Shown here: piece by piece, positions 41,503 to 49,640 of the stretch
How positions within the stretch are numbered: the stretch's first letter is position 1
Layout of the letters: every line of letters begins with the position of its first letter
From: Truepera sp.
GTDB taxonomy: Bacteria; Deinococcota; Deinococci; Deinococcales; Trueperaceae
Direction: 5' to 3'
Length of the DNA: 64,000 nucleotides
Assembly (NCBI GenBank): GCA_965218435.1
Contig: CBDCKW010000009.1
Coordinates: forward strand, 1,696,001-1,760,000
Program-made: the position numbers and the translations under genes
Notes under the pieces: model-generated
The model's input: the letters and a program-made list of their open reading frames with translations, nothing else
Databases searched by the model: none
Told to the model about the DNA's origin: nothing

Positions 41503-41582
41503 GCATTTTACATAGCATCTCATCCGGCACAAAAGGTCACCTGACAGGGGCTTCTAATCTACTTGGTGATACGCTTTGGCCT

Positions 41583-42449
41583 ATGAAGACGCCTTTCAAG
41601 ACGCCTATCAAAACCTGGCACATGGCGCTGCTCCTGAGTTTGGCGCTCGCGGGTTGCGGCGATCTCAATACCCCCGGTGATCCGCTCGTGTTATTTGCCT
41701 CGACGGTTAAACCGGCCTACCTAAACGAAGACTACACCTTTGACTTTGTAGTCTCGGGTGGGCTGGCTCCCTACAATTTCGAGATGCGTGACGGCAAGAT
41801 GCCCCCCGGCCTAAAGCTGGAAAACGGCTCACTCAGCGGCACCCCGACGCGAGCAGGCAACTACACCTTTACCCTGCAGGTCAGTGACGCGAGCTTGTCA
41901 CGGACCGTCGAAGATTTTACCGTTGAGGTTACCAAAGCGCCGCCCGCAGAACTCGTCTTAAACGTCCCGCCGACGACGATTGCCGACGCGGTGCGGATTC
42001 CCATCAGTGTGCAGGAGGCCCGAAACTTGCAGGCGCTCAGGACGCAGATTACCTGGGACGACACCTTATTTAAGTTTGTCGGCGGCAGCGTCCGCTCAGC
42101 GCAGGGCAGCTTGGCGCTGTTGCAGCAGGCCAAACCGGGACAACTCAACGTAGACGCGGCCTTTTTAGGGCCGAGCTTAAACGGCGACGCGGAGCTGTTT
42201 TCGTTCGAGTTGCGGCCTACCGAACCCAATACGCTGACGCTCGAGGCCCGCACCGAATACCGCACCAGGGACGGGACCCACGGGTTCTCGAGCACCCAAG
42301 ACAGCGCCACCCCCCAAGACACCCTGAACAATCAGACAGGCACCGACCTGAACGGCACCGGAACAGGTTCAACCGGCGGCACCCAAAACGGCGGCTCGCC
42401 AAACGGTACACCTACAGACACTTTACCCGGAGGAGGTTCAACCCCATGA
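41583..42449 (+). CDS. Lipoprotein with putative Ig domain, cohesin-like domain and Gly/Thr-rich tail
   Basis: Lipobox LAGC (Cys25); SGGLAPY...PPGLKLENGSLSGTPTRAGNYTFTLQVSD (He_PIG-like); VRIPISV...LQALRTQITWDDTLFKF...GQLNVD...LNGDAELFSFEL (cohesin pattern). Confidence 0.75.
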   Translation: MKTPFKTPIKTWHMALLLSLALAGCGDLNTPGDPLVLFASTVKPAYLNEDYTFDFVVSGGLAPYNFEMRDGKMPPGLKLENGSLSGTPTRAGNYTFTLQVSDASLSRTVEDFTVEVTKAPPAELVLNVPPTTIADAVRIPISVQEARNLQALRTQITWDDTLFKFVGGSVRSAQGSLALLQQAKPGQLNVDAAFLGPSLNGDAELFSFELRPTEPNTLTLEARTEYRTRDGTHGFSSTQDSATPQDTLNNQTGTDLNGTGTGSTGGTQNGGSPNGTPTDTLPGGGSTP

Positions 42450-42997
42450 AACGGCCCTTAGCTTTAGCCGCCCTGATCCTGGGCTTCACGCTGAGCTTCG
42501 CCTCAGCGACGACGTACCGAGCCATGACGTTAGACGAGCTGATCAGCCGCACCGAGTGGGGTTTTTTTGGTAAGGTCTCAGCCCTTGACGTGACTACCCA
42601 AGCGGGCGAGCCTTACACGCAGGTGACCTTTGAGGTTTTACGGCGGCTGACCGGTGACCTCGGGTCCGGCGATACGGTAACAGATACCGGGACAGATACT
42701 GTAACGCTCAGCTTTTACGGCGGTACCCTGCCGAACGGTCGCAGCGTCAAAGTCGAGGGAATGCCCGAATTTAATCGCGGCGACGAAGTGTTGGTGTTTG
42801 CCTACAATGCGCCCTACTACTCGCCCATCGTCGGATTTTCGCAGGGCTTCTGGCGGGCGACGCCCGACGGCTTCCGGGACCTAAACGGGCGTCTGCTCAG
42901 CCTCAGCGATGATGGGAACCTCTTACGCGACGGTGAAGGCAGCGACCAGACAGCGGTGCTGGGCGAGCTCGAGGCTCGCTTTGGAGAGGTGCCGTGA
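42446..42997 (+). CDS. Secreted protein resembling the N-terminal OB/TIMP-like domain found with matrixin-type proteases
   Basis: Signal peptide ending ASA; ATTYRAMTLDELI...GKV...YTQVTFEVLRRLTG...GGT...VEGMPEFNRGDEVLVF. Confidence 0.6.
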   Translation: MKRPLALAALILGFTLSFASATTYRAMTLDELISRTEWGFFGKVSALDVTTQAGEPYTQVTFEVLRRLTGDLGSGDTVTDTGTDTVTLSFYGGTLPNGRSVKVEGMPEFNRGDEVLVFAYNAPYYSPIVGFSQGFWRATPDGFRDLNGRLLSLSDDGNLLRDGEGSDQTAVLGELEARFGEVP

Positions 42998-43791
42998 ACC
43001 GGCCGCCAAAACTCGCCAGATGGGTGAAGTGGCCCCTTCTGGGACTGCTGACGCTCGGCAGTCTGGCGTTTGCCCTCGACTACCGCGTTGATTCGGCGGG
43101 CGGGCCGGACACCTTGCGGGACCGGATCGCCAAAGCTGCGGCGGCCTGGTTAGAGGTTCCCGGCGGCGTCGTCAACCTCAAAGAGACGCCAGACGCGCCG
43201 AACGTCATCGGCTACGGCGACGGTACCAAGTTCGGCCCCGACACCTTTTCGCTCACCGTGCAAAAAGGTCCTGAACCCGCAACCGACGTGCTGCTCAACC
43301 CGTCCGAGCCAAATCAGCGGGCGCTGACCCACGAACTCGGGCTGTTAGCCGGGCTGAGTCCGGCCCCCAAAGCCAGCGGCGTGATGAACCCGGCGATTCC
43401 ACAAGAGTCGAACGCCGACCTCACGCCCGCCGACGAAGAGGCGCTCCGCGCCCTCGCCGCGTTCGTCCCTGAAGACGTCAATCAAGACGGTGTGGTGGAC
43501 TTTTACGACCTCGCCGACTTCGGCGCAGCGTTCGGCGAAACGGGCGTCAGTTTACCCGCCGATATTGACGAAAACGGCGTCGTCAACCGCGCCGACCTGA
43601 GTTTGCTCGAGGCCGCCTACACCTTCGGTGCCCCCGCTGAGACAGCTCCCGACGAAGCGTTGGCCGCCGCGTCACTTGAATCTGGCGGCGCAGCATCGGG
43701 CGGCGCAGCGTCAGGGGGAACCGTCTCCGGGGGCGCAGCGTCGGGTGGTGCGGTATCAGGCGGTGCCGCGTCGGGTGGCGCGGGCGGCTAG
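42994..43791 (+). CDS. Secreted degenerate metzincin-like domain, type I dockerin and SGGAA repeat tail
   Basis: LTHELGLLAGL...GVMNP; duplicated Ca loops DVNQDGVVDFYDL and DIDENGVVNRADL. Confidence 0.75.
   Translation: MNRPPKLARWVKWPLLGLLTLGSLAFALDYRVDSAGGPDTLRDRIAKAAAAWLEVPGGVVNLKETPDAPNVIGYGDGTKFGPDTFSLTVQKGPEPATDVLLNPSEPNQRALTHELGLLAGLSPAPKASGVMNPAIPQESNADLTPADEEALRALAAFVPEDVNQDGVVDFYDLADFGAAFGETGVSLPADIDENGVVNRADLSLLEAAYTFGAPAETAPDEALAAASLESGGAASGGAASGGTVSGGAASGGAVSGGAASGGAGG
43681..43788 (+). repeat. About 7 degenerate 15-bp repeats encoding SGGAA
   Basis: SGGAA SGGAA SGGTV SGGAA SGGAV SGGAA SGGAG. Confidence 0.9.
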
Positions 43792-43912
43792 GGGCTATTT
43801 TGGGCGTTGGTGACACGCTAAAAGCTGGCAGCGTGCCGCCTGGAAAAAGTAAGAATCAGGAGAACCCAGCAGTTTCTGTACTAACACAGCTCGAGCTACT
43901 TGATCGGGCCAC

Positions 43913-45049
43913 TCACTCCCTATGGCGACCTGCTCCGGGTGTTTGGGCCAGATAGTCAAAAACACCTGCCAGAACCTCTACGGCACGCCTTAGTTCAGCA
44001 AAGTCAACGTGTTCGTCCGGCGTATGGTCTAAAGCCGAGTCGCCGGGGCCGTAGGCCAGCACCGGCACGTCCCAACGCGGCGCGGCGACGTTCATGTCTG
44101 AGGTACCCGTTTTGACCTTGAAGCGCGGCGTTCCGCCGACAGCGCGAATCGCCACCCGAAAGGCGCGGGTGAGGAGCGTATCTTTCGGCCCCCGGTAGGC
44201 AGTCTCGTGTCCCTGGAAGGTGAGGTCCAGCGTGCTCCCTTCAGGGACGGCTTGCAGCGCCCGCCGCAGCCCTCGTTCGGCTTCAGCCGGTGACAAGGCG
44301 GGCGGGAGCCGCAAACCGACGACTGCGTGAGCTTGTTGGCTGAGCCCGTCGGACGAGGTGTTCAGGCTTTGCAGCGCAAGCTGAACGCGGTCGAACAGGC
44401 CGGGAGTGGCGGCCCTTACACCTTCGGCCCAGGTTTTGGCTTGCTGCCAGCAGGCGACGAGGTCTTCAGCGGCCGTGGCGTCCTCTCCGGCACTGTGAAA
44501 GGTGGGTTTGGTCAGTATGAGCTTGACGACCAACCGCCCCTTATACCCGAGCGTCATCGCGTCCCAACCTGAGGGTTCCCCGATCACGAGCAGATCGGGT
44601 TTAGGGTAAGTTGCTAGGGCGAAGCGCGCACCTTTACTCGAGGGCACCTCTTCTTCAACCGCGCCGATGAGCGTCAGCGTCAGGGCGTCTTTCACCTCGG
44701 CGGACAAGCGTGACGCAGCGGCAATCGCCGTACAAAACGGGCCTTTGGCGTCAACTGTGCCGCGCCCGTAAAGCTTGCCCGCTTCGACGCGAACCGGCAC
44801 CACACCGGGAACCGTGTCAATGTGGCCCAAAAAGGTGACCTGCAGCGGCCCCGAACCCACGCGCCCGACCGCGTTACCGGCAGCGTCTACGGACGCCTCG
44901 TCGCAAAACGTCGCCATTTGCGAGACTAAAAAATCGGCCACTGCGCCTTCGGAACCTGATACGCTTTCGAGGCGGGCGGCGTGCTCGAGCAAAACGGCGA
45001 TGTCTAAAGCTGTGGCGGCCACGCCGACTACTCTACCTGATAGGCTCAA
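43913..45049 (-). CDS. lysK: [LysW]-lysine/[LysW]-ornithine hydrolase
   Basis: GHIDTVPG, GRGTVDAKGP, EEEVPSSKGA, LGYKG, KTGTSDMN and YGPGDSALDHTPDE. Confidence 0.9.
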   Translation of the reverse strand: MSLSGRVVGVAATALDIAVLLEHAARLESVSGSEGAVADFLVSQMATFCDEASVDAAGNAVGRVGSGPLQVTFLGHIDTVPGVVPVRVEAGKLYGRGTVDAKGPFCTAIAAASRLSAEVKDALTLTLIGAVEEEVPSSKGARFALATYPKPDLLVIGEPSGWDAMTLGYKGRLVVKLILTKPTFHSAGEDATAAEDLVACWQQAKTWAEGVRAATPGLFDRVQLALQSLNTSSDGLSQQAHAVVGLRLPPALSPAEAERGLRRALQAVPEGSTLDLTFQGHETAYRGPKDTLLTRAFRVAIRAVGGTPRFKVKTGTSDMNVAAPRWDVPVLAYGPGDSALDHTPDEHVDFAELRRAVEVLAGVFDYLAQTPGAGRHRE

Positions 45050-45311
45050 CCTGACGACGTAGCAAGTGAGCGGTACTCAGCGCCGCACAAAACAAACCAT
45101 TATTAACCTTAGTAGAGACAGCGAGTAGGGGCGGCTCGAGCCTGCCCCGAAAACGACGCGGCAAAGTCCCTGTAGACGCTACGAAGGCAGGGCAAAGCCG
45201 AGCGCCTTAGGCGTACCCCAACCCCCAAACTCACCGCCGGACTTGCGGTAGCGTAGGGGCTGACGTCGCAGCTGTGCGACTGCCTAAACGCCGAACAAAA
45301 AGGAGAAGACG

Positions 45312-45677
45312 ATGATCCGAACCGCTGTTGATTCAGAACACACCTTGGTCACCATGACCGCTGAAGATGACCTGACCGCCCAAGACTACGACAAAATTAC
45401 GCCGGAGTTAGAAGAGCTTATCAGCGCGTACGGCAAACTCAACCTGCTTTTTGACATGAGCGGAGTTGAAAAGGTGGACCCGGCCGCCGCCTGGAAAGAC
45501 CTTAAATTTGACGCCACGCACCTCACTGACTTTAAGCGCGTGGCGATTGTCGGAGGCGCGGGCTGGCAAGAGGCGTTTACCCGGCTCGGCAATCCCTTTA
45601 CAAGCGCCGAGGTCAAGTATTTTAGCAGTGTGGGCGCAGCAACCGACTGGCTGGGCGAAGAAATGGCCGGGTCGTAG
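45312..45677 (+). CDS. SpoIIAA-like (STAS/SEC14) small protein
   Basis: LTAQDY...AAWKDLKFD...RVAIVG...EVKYF...ATDWL; AGGAG RBS. Confidence 0.85.
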   Translation: MIRTAVDSEHTLVTMTAEDDLTAQDYDKITPELEELISAYGKLNLLFDMSGVEKVDPAAAWKDLKFDATHLTDFKRVAIVGGAGWQEAFTRLGNPFTSAEVKYFSSVGAATDWLGEEMAGS

Positions 45678-45744
45678 TCGTTCCTGTGGGTGGGCTCTGA
45701 AGGACGCTCTACGCTCCCTGGTTTCGACGAAAGAGGTTTTTCCG

Positions 45745-46959
45745 CTGACGAAGATTTTAGTTTTGAACGCAGGCTCGAGCAGTCAGAAGTGCAGCCTTTA
45801 CACCCTGCCGGACACGGGCGTCTTACCGGCTGAACCCCTCGCACCGACCTGGGAAGCCCACGCCGACGGCGCTGATCTTGCTGTCTCAACCTCGAGCGGA
45901 GCGAAATTTGAGCGGACGCTCCCGTCAGCGTTCCCCGCCGAGGCGCTCCCGCAGCTGTTAGAGACGCTCTGGCAGGGGCCGACGCAAGTGATCGCCGGTC
46001 CCGGTGAGGTCACCGCCGTCGGGCACCGCGTCGTTCACGGGGGCCGCGCCTACCGGGAAAGCACACGCATCACCCCTGAAGTCGAACGGGTCATCGGCGA
46101 GCTTTCGGCTTTAGCACCAGCCCATAACCCCGCTGCCCTGGCCGGTATCAGGGTCGCTAAAGAGCTGTTTGATGACGCGCCGCAAGTGGCTGTGTTTGAC
46201 ACAGCTTTTCACGCCACGCTGCCGGACGCCGCGGCCATCTATCCCGGCACTTACCGCTGGGCGGAAGAGGGCGTGCGGCGTTACGGGTTTCACGGGATCA
46301 GCCACGCCTACGCTGCAAGCCGCGCGGCTCAGCTGCTAGGCAAACCACTTACGAAGCTAAAACTCATCACCTGTCATTTGGGAAACGGCTGTTCGCTCGC
46401 GGCAGTGCGTGAAGGCAAGAGCGTTGATACGACGATGGGCTTTACGCCCTTGGAGGGCCTGATGATGGGTACGCGCTCAGGCACGCTCGACCCCGGTCTG
46501 CTCGTGTACCTGCTCCGTGACGGCGGTTACAGCGCCGCCGAACTTGATCGGATGCTCAACCAAGAATCGGGACTTAAAGGACTTTCCGGCGTGTCGGGTG
46601 ATCTGCGGGCGGTGAGCGCGGCAGCGGCAGCGGGTAACCCACAAGCCGACCTTGCTTTAGCGGTCTATAGTCACCGGCTACGCTTTTTTATCGGCGCGAT
46701 GCTCGCGAGTCTCGGCGGCCTCGACGCGCTCGTTTTTACGGCGGGCGTTGGTGAGCATAGCGCGTGGGTCAGGCGAGAAGCTTGCGCCGCGTTCGAGTTT
46801 TTAGGCGTCCGGCTCGACGCAAGTAAAGAAGAGGGCAGTGAAGATAGAGACGTTGCCGCCGCAGACGCACCCGTTCGCGTCCTCGTCGTTCACGCGCAGG
46901 AAAACTGGGCGATTGCCGAGAGCTGTGTGCGCCTCTTGGGAGCGTCTCATGCAGCGTAA
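45745..46959 (+). CDS. ackA: Acetate kinase; probable non-canonical CTG start
   Basis: KILVLNAGSSS, GHRVVHGG, FDTAFH, RYGFHGISH, HLGNG and FTAGVGE. Confidence 0.93.
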   Translation: MTKILVLNAGSSSQKCSLYTLPDTGVLPAEPLAPTWEAHADGADLAVSTSSGAKFERTLPSAFPAEALPQLLETLWQGPTQVIAGPGEVTAVGHRVVHGGRAYRESTRITPEVERVIGELSALAPAHNPAALAGIRVAKELFDDAPQVAVFDTAFHATLPDAAAIYPGTYRWAEEGVRRYGFHGISHAYAASRAAQLLGKPLTKLKLITCHLGNGCSLAAVREGKSVDTTMGFTPLEGLMMGTRSGTLDPGLLVYLLRDGGYSAAELDRMLNQESGLKGLSGVSGDLRAVSAAAAAGNPQADLALAVYSHRLRFFIGAMLASLGGLDALVFTAGVGEHSAWVRREACAAFEFLGVRLDASKEEGSEDRDVAAADAPVRVLVVHAQENWAIAESCVRLLGASHAA

Positions 46960-46983
46960 CGTCAGCAAACCCAGAGGAACCCC

Positions 46984-49113
46984 GTGGCACAGGCGATTCT
47001 AGTCGTCCCGACGGGGCCGCGCGTCGGCCTGACGACAGTCGCCGTCGGTCTCGTTCACGCGCTCGACCGCCGCGGCGTCCGGGTCGGGTTTTGTAAACCC
47101 ATCGCTCAACCGCACGAGGGAGACACTGGGCCGGAACGCTCGAGCCGCCTCGTCGAGATCGTCGCCGGATTTACCCCGCCGCCGCCCCTGTCCGCCGCCG
47201 AAGCCGCCGACTTTTACGCGCACAGGCAGCGTGGCCGACTTTTTGAAGAGGTCGTCGCGCGCGTTGAAGCGGCCGGGAGCCGCGCCGACGTGATCATCGT
47301 CGAGGGCCTCGTCCCGTCTCCGGAACAACCCTATACGGCGGCGCTTAACGCTGGCTTGGCGAGCAGTTTGGACGCTGCGGTCATCTTGGTGGCAGCCCCG
47401 CACGGGTCTCCTGAAGAGCTTTCGGACGCGCTCGAGCTCACCGCACAAGACTTCGGCGGTGTGTCCGGCAGCCGCGTGGTGGGCTGCATCCTCAATCAGG
47501 TCGGCGCGCCCGCCGGGGCGCACAGCTTGATGCGGCTCGAAGCGCACAGTGAAGCCGCGCCCACCGACTACCGAGAAACGCCGGTGTTACGGCGCGGCGA
47601 CCTCAGGTTGCTCGGCACGATTCCCTGGGAGCGCGACCTGCTCGCGCCGCGCGTCGCGGACGTCGCGGCCTTTTTGGGAGCCGAAACCGTTTATCAAGGG
47701 GATACGGGCCGCCGCGTGACCGACGTTGCGCTCGGCGCGAGTACGGTCTCGAACGCCGCGCAGCGCCTCTTGCCCGGCACGCTCTTTATCACCTCGGGCG
47801 ACCGCGAAGACCTGGTGCTCGCCGCTTCGATGGCGGCGCTGAGTGGGCGGCCGATTGCGGCCCTGCTGCTGACCAACGGCCGCAGACCGGGTACGCCGAT
47901 GCTCGAGCTGTGTGAGCCGGGGCTCTCCACCGGCCTGACCCTGCTGCTCGTCCCCGACGATTCGTTTCAGGCTGCGCTGCGGGTCCGCGAGATGAACTTA
48001 GAGGTGCCCCTAGACGATACCGAACGGATCGAACTGCTCATCGAGCGGGTGGCTGAGGGCTTGGCGGTCGAGACCCTCGAGGCGTTGACCCGAACCTCGA
48101 GCAACCGCCGCCTGAGTCCACCGGCGTTTCGGCATCTGCTCGTCGAACGTGCCCGCACCGCCGACAAACGGATCGTGTTACCTGAAGGCAGCGAACCGCG
48201 TACCCTGCAGGCCGCGTGCATCTGTACGGAGCGCGGCATCGCCCGCTGTGTGTTGCTGGGTGACCCAGACGAGATTCGGAGCGCGGCGGCGCGGGCCGGG
48301 CTCAACTTACCGGCGGGGCTCGAGCTCCTCTCCCCCACCGAACAAGTTGACCGCTTTATTGGGCCGTTGGTCGAGCTGCGCAAACACAAGGGCCTCAACG
48401 CGCCGATGGCGGAAGAGGCGCTCCAAGACAACGTGATGCTGGGGACCATGATGCTCCAGCAAGGCGAGGTTGACGGGCTCGTCTCCGGCGCGGTTCACAC
48501 CACCGCCAACACGATTCGTCCGGCGCTGCAGCTGATTAAAACGACGCCCGGCGTCCGGGTCGTCTCGTCCGTTTTTTTTATGTGTTTGCCCGAACAGGTG
48601 CTCGTTTACGGCGACTGCGCCATCAATCCTGACCCGACCCCCGAAGAACTTGCCGATATTGCCGTGCAGAGCGCGGATTCGGCGCTCGCCTTCGGGATTC
48701 CGGCGCGGGTAGCGATGCTCTCTTACAGTACCGGCGCTTCAGGAACCGGCAGTGACGTGGACAAAGTGCGCCGCGCCACGCGGCTCGCCAAAGAACGCCG
48801 TCCCGACCTCTTGATTGACGGGCCACTGCAGTACGACGCGGCGGCGATTGCCGAGGTCGCCAAAAGCAAAGCGCCGGACTCTCAAGTGGCGGGGCGCGCG
48901 ACCGTCTTTATTTTCCCCGACCTTAACACCGGTAACACGACCTATAAGGCGGTGCAGCGGAGCGCCGAAGTCATCAGCATCGGGCCGATGCTCCAAGGGC
49001 TTAAAAAGCCGGTCAACGACCTGTCACGGGGCGCACTCGTCGAAGATATCGTCTACACGATCGCCCTCACCGCGATCCAAGCTCAGCAGGTCATAGAGCG
49101 AGACAACGTTTAG
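46984..49113 (+). CDS. pta: Phosphate acetyltransferase (long form with DRTGG domain)
   Basis: IVLPEG, SGAVHTT, YGDCA, DGPLQYDAA and KPVNDLSRG. Confidence 0.96.
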   Translation: MAQAILVVPTGPRVGLTTVAVGLVHALDRRGVRVGFCKPIAQPHEGDTGPERSSRLVEIVAGFTPPPPLSAAEAADFYAHRQRGRLFEEVVARVEAAGSRADVIIVEGLVPSPEQPYTAALNAGLASSLDAAVILVAAPHGSPEELSDALELTAQDFGGVSGSRVVGCILNQVGAPAGAHSLMRLEAHSEAAPTDYRETPVLRRGDLRLLGTIPWERDLLAPRVADVAAFLGAETVYQGDTGRRVTDVALGASTVSNAAQRLLPGTLFITSGDREDLVLAASMAALSGRPIAALLLTNGRRPGTPMLELCEPGLSTGLTLLLVPDDSFQAALRVREMNLEVPLDDTERIELLIERVAEGLAVETLEALTRTSSNRRLSPPAFRHLLVERARTADKRIVLPEGSEPRTLQAACICTERGIARCVLLGDPDEIRSAAARAGLNLPAGLELLSPTEQVDRFIGPLVELRKHKGLNAPMAEEALQDNVMLGTMMLQQGEVDGLVSGAVHTTANTIRPALQLIKTTPGVRVVSSVFFMCLPEQVLVYGDCAINPDPTPEELADIAVQSADSALAFGIPARVAMLSYSTGASGTGSDVDKVRRATRLAKERRPDLLIDGPLQYDAAAIAEVAKSKAPDSQVAGRATVFIFPDLNTGNTTYKAVQRSAEVISIGPMLQGLKKPVNDLSRGALVEDIVYTIALTAIQAQQVIERDNV

Positions 49114-49229
49114 AGTAGGCGGCCTTACCGAGCCGCCGGTTCAGCTAGTTGCAATGTGGTAACAGGTTTATTTAGCACATACAGGGCTGAAGTCTGTTAT
49201 GGTAGCCCAAACTTTAAGGAGGCCACACC

Positions 49230-49511
49230 ATGGCAAACATTTCTAAAGCTGACCTGATCAAAGAACTTTCCGAAACCACGAGCATGGGCCAAAAAGACGT
49301 CAAGACACTCGTTGACGGGATGCTCTCGAGCGTCGCCACGCATCTTAAAGCCGGTGACAAGGTGCAGCTAACCGGTTTCGGTACCTTTGAAGTCCGTGAA
49401 CGCAGCGCCCGCACCGGCGTCAAACCGGGTACGAGCGAAAAGATCGAGATCGCCGCCAGCAAGTATCCTGCGTTCAAGGCGGGCAAAGGGCTTAAAGACA
49501 CGCTCAGCTGA
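49230..49511 (+). CDS. hup: HU family DNA-binding protein
   Basis: VQLTGFGTF, RTGVKPGT and PAFKAGK; AAGGAGG RBS. Confidence 0.95.
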   Translation: MANISKADLIKELSETTSMGQKDVKTLVDGMLSSVATHLKAGDKVQLTGFGTFEVRERSARTGVKPGTSEKIEIAASKYPAFKAGKGLKDTLS

Positions 49512-49592
49512 GCTGAAAAGCCGGTAGCGGCAGAACGTTTCAAGCTATAACTGCTAGATGCTGAATATTGCTGCACAGATTAAAAATAAGCG

Positions 49593-49623
49593 AAAGGACG
49601 CCAGATTACCTGGCGTCCTTTTC
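49593..49623. terminator. Bidirectional intrinsic terminator
   Basis: AAAGGACGCCAG-ATTAC-CTGGCGTCCTTTT between convergent genes. Confidence 0.85.
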
Positions 49624-49640
49624 TGTACGAGTTTGTATCC

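Noticed and set aside
41583..43791. True cellulosome
   Set aside because: Only one cohesin-like domain and no dockerin-bearing CAZyme; the nearby GH13 has no dockerin.
45120..45300. Possible c-di-GMP-I riboswitch (GGCAAA...GCAAAGCC) upstream of the SpoIIAA-like gene
   Set aside because: I could not find the GNRA-capped P2 or a closing P3/P1 pairing; only scattered hairpins are present.
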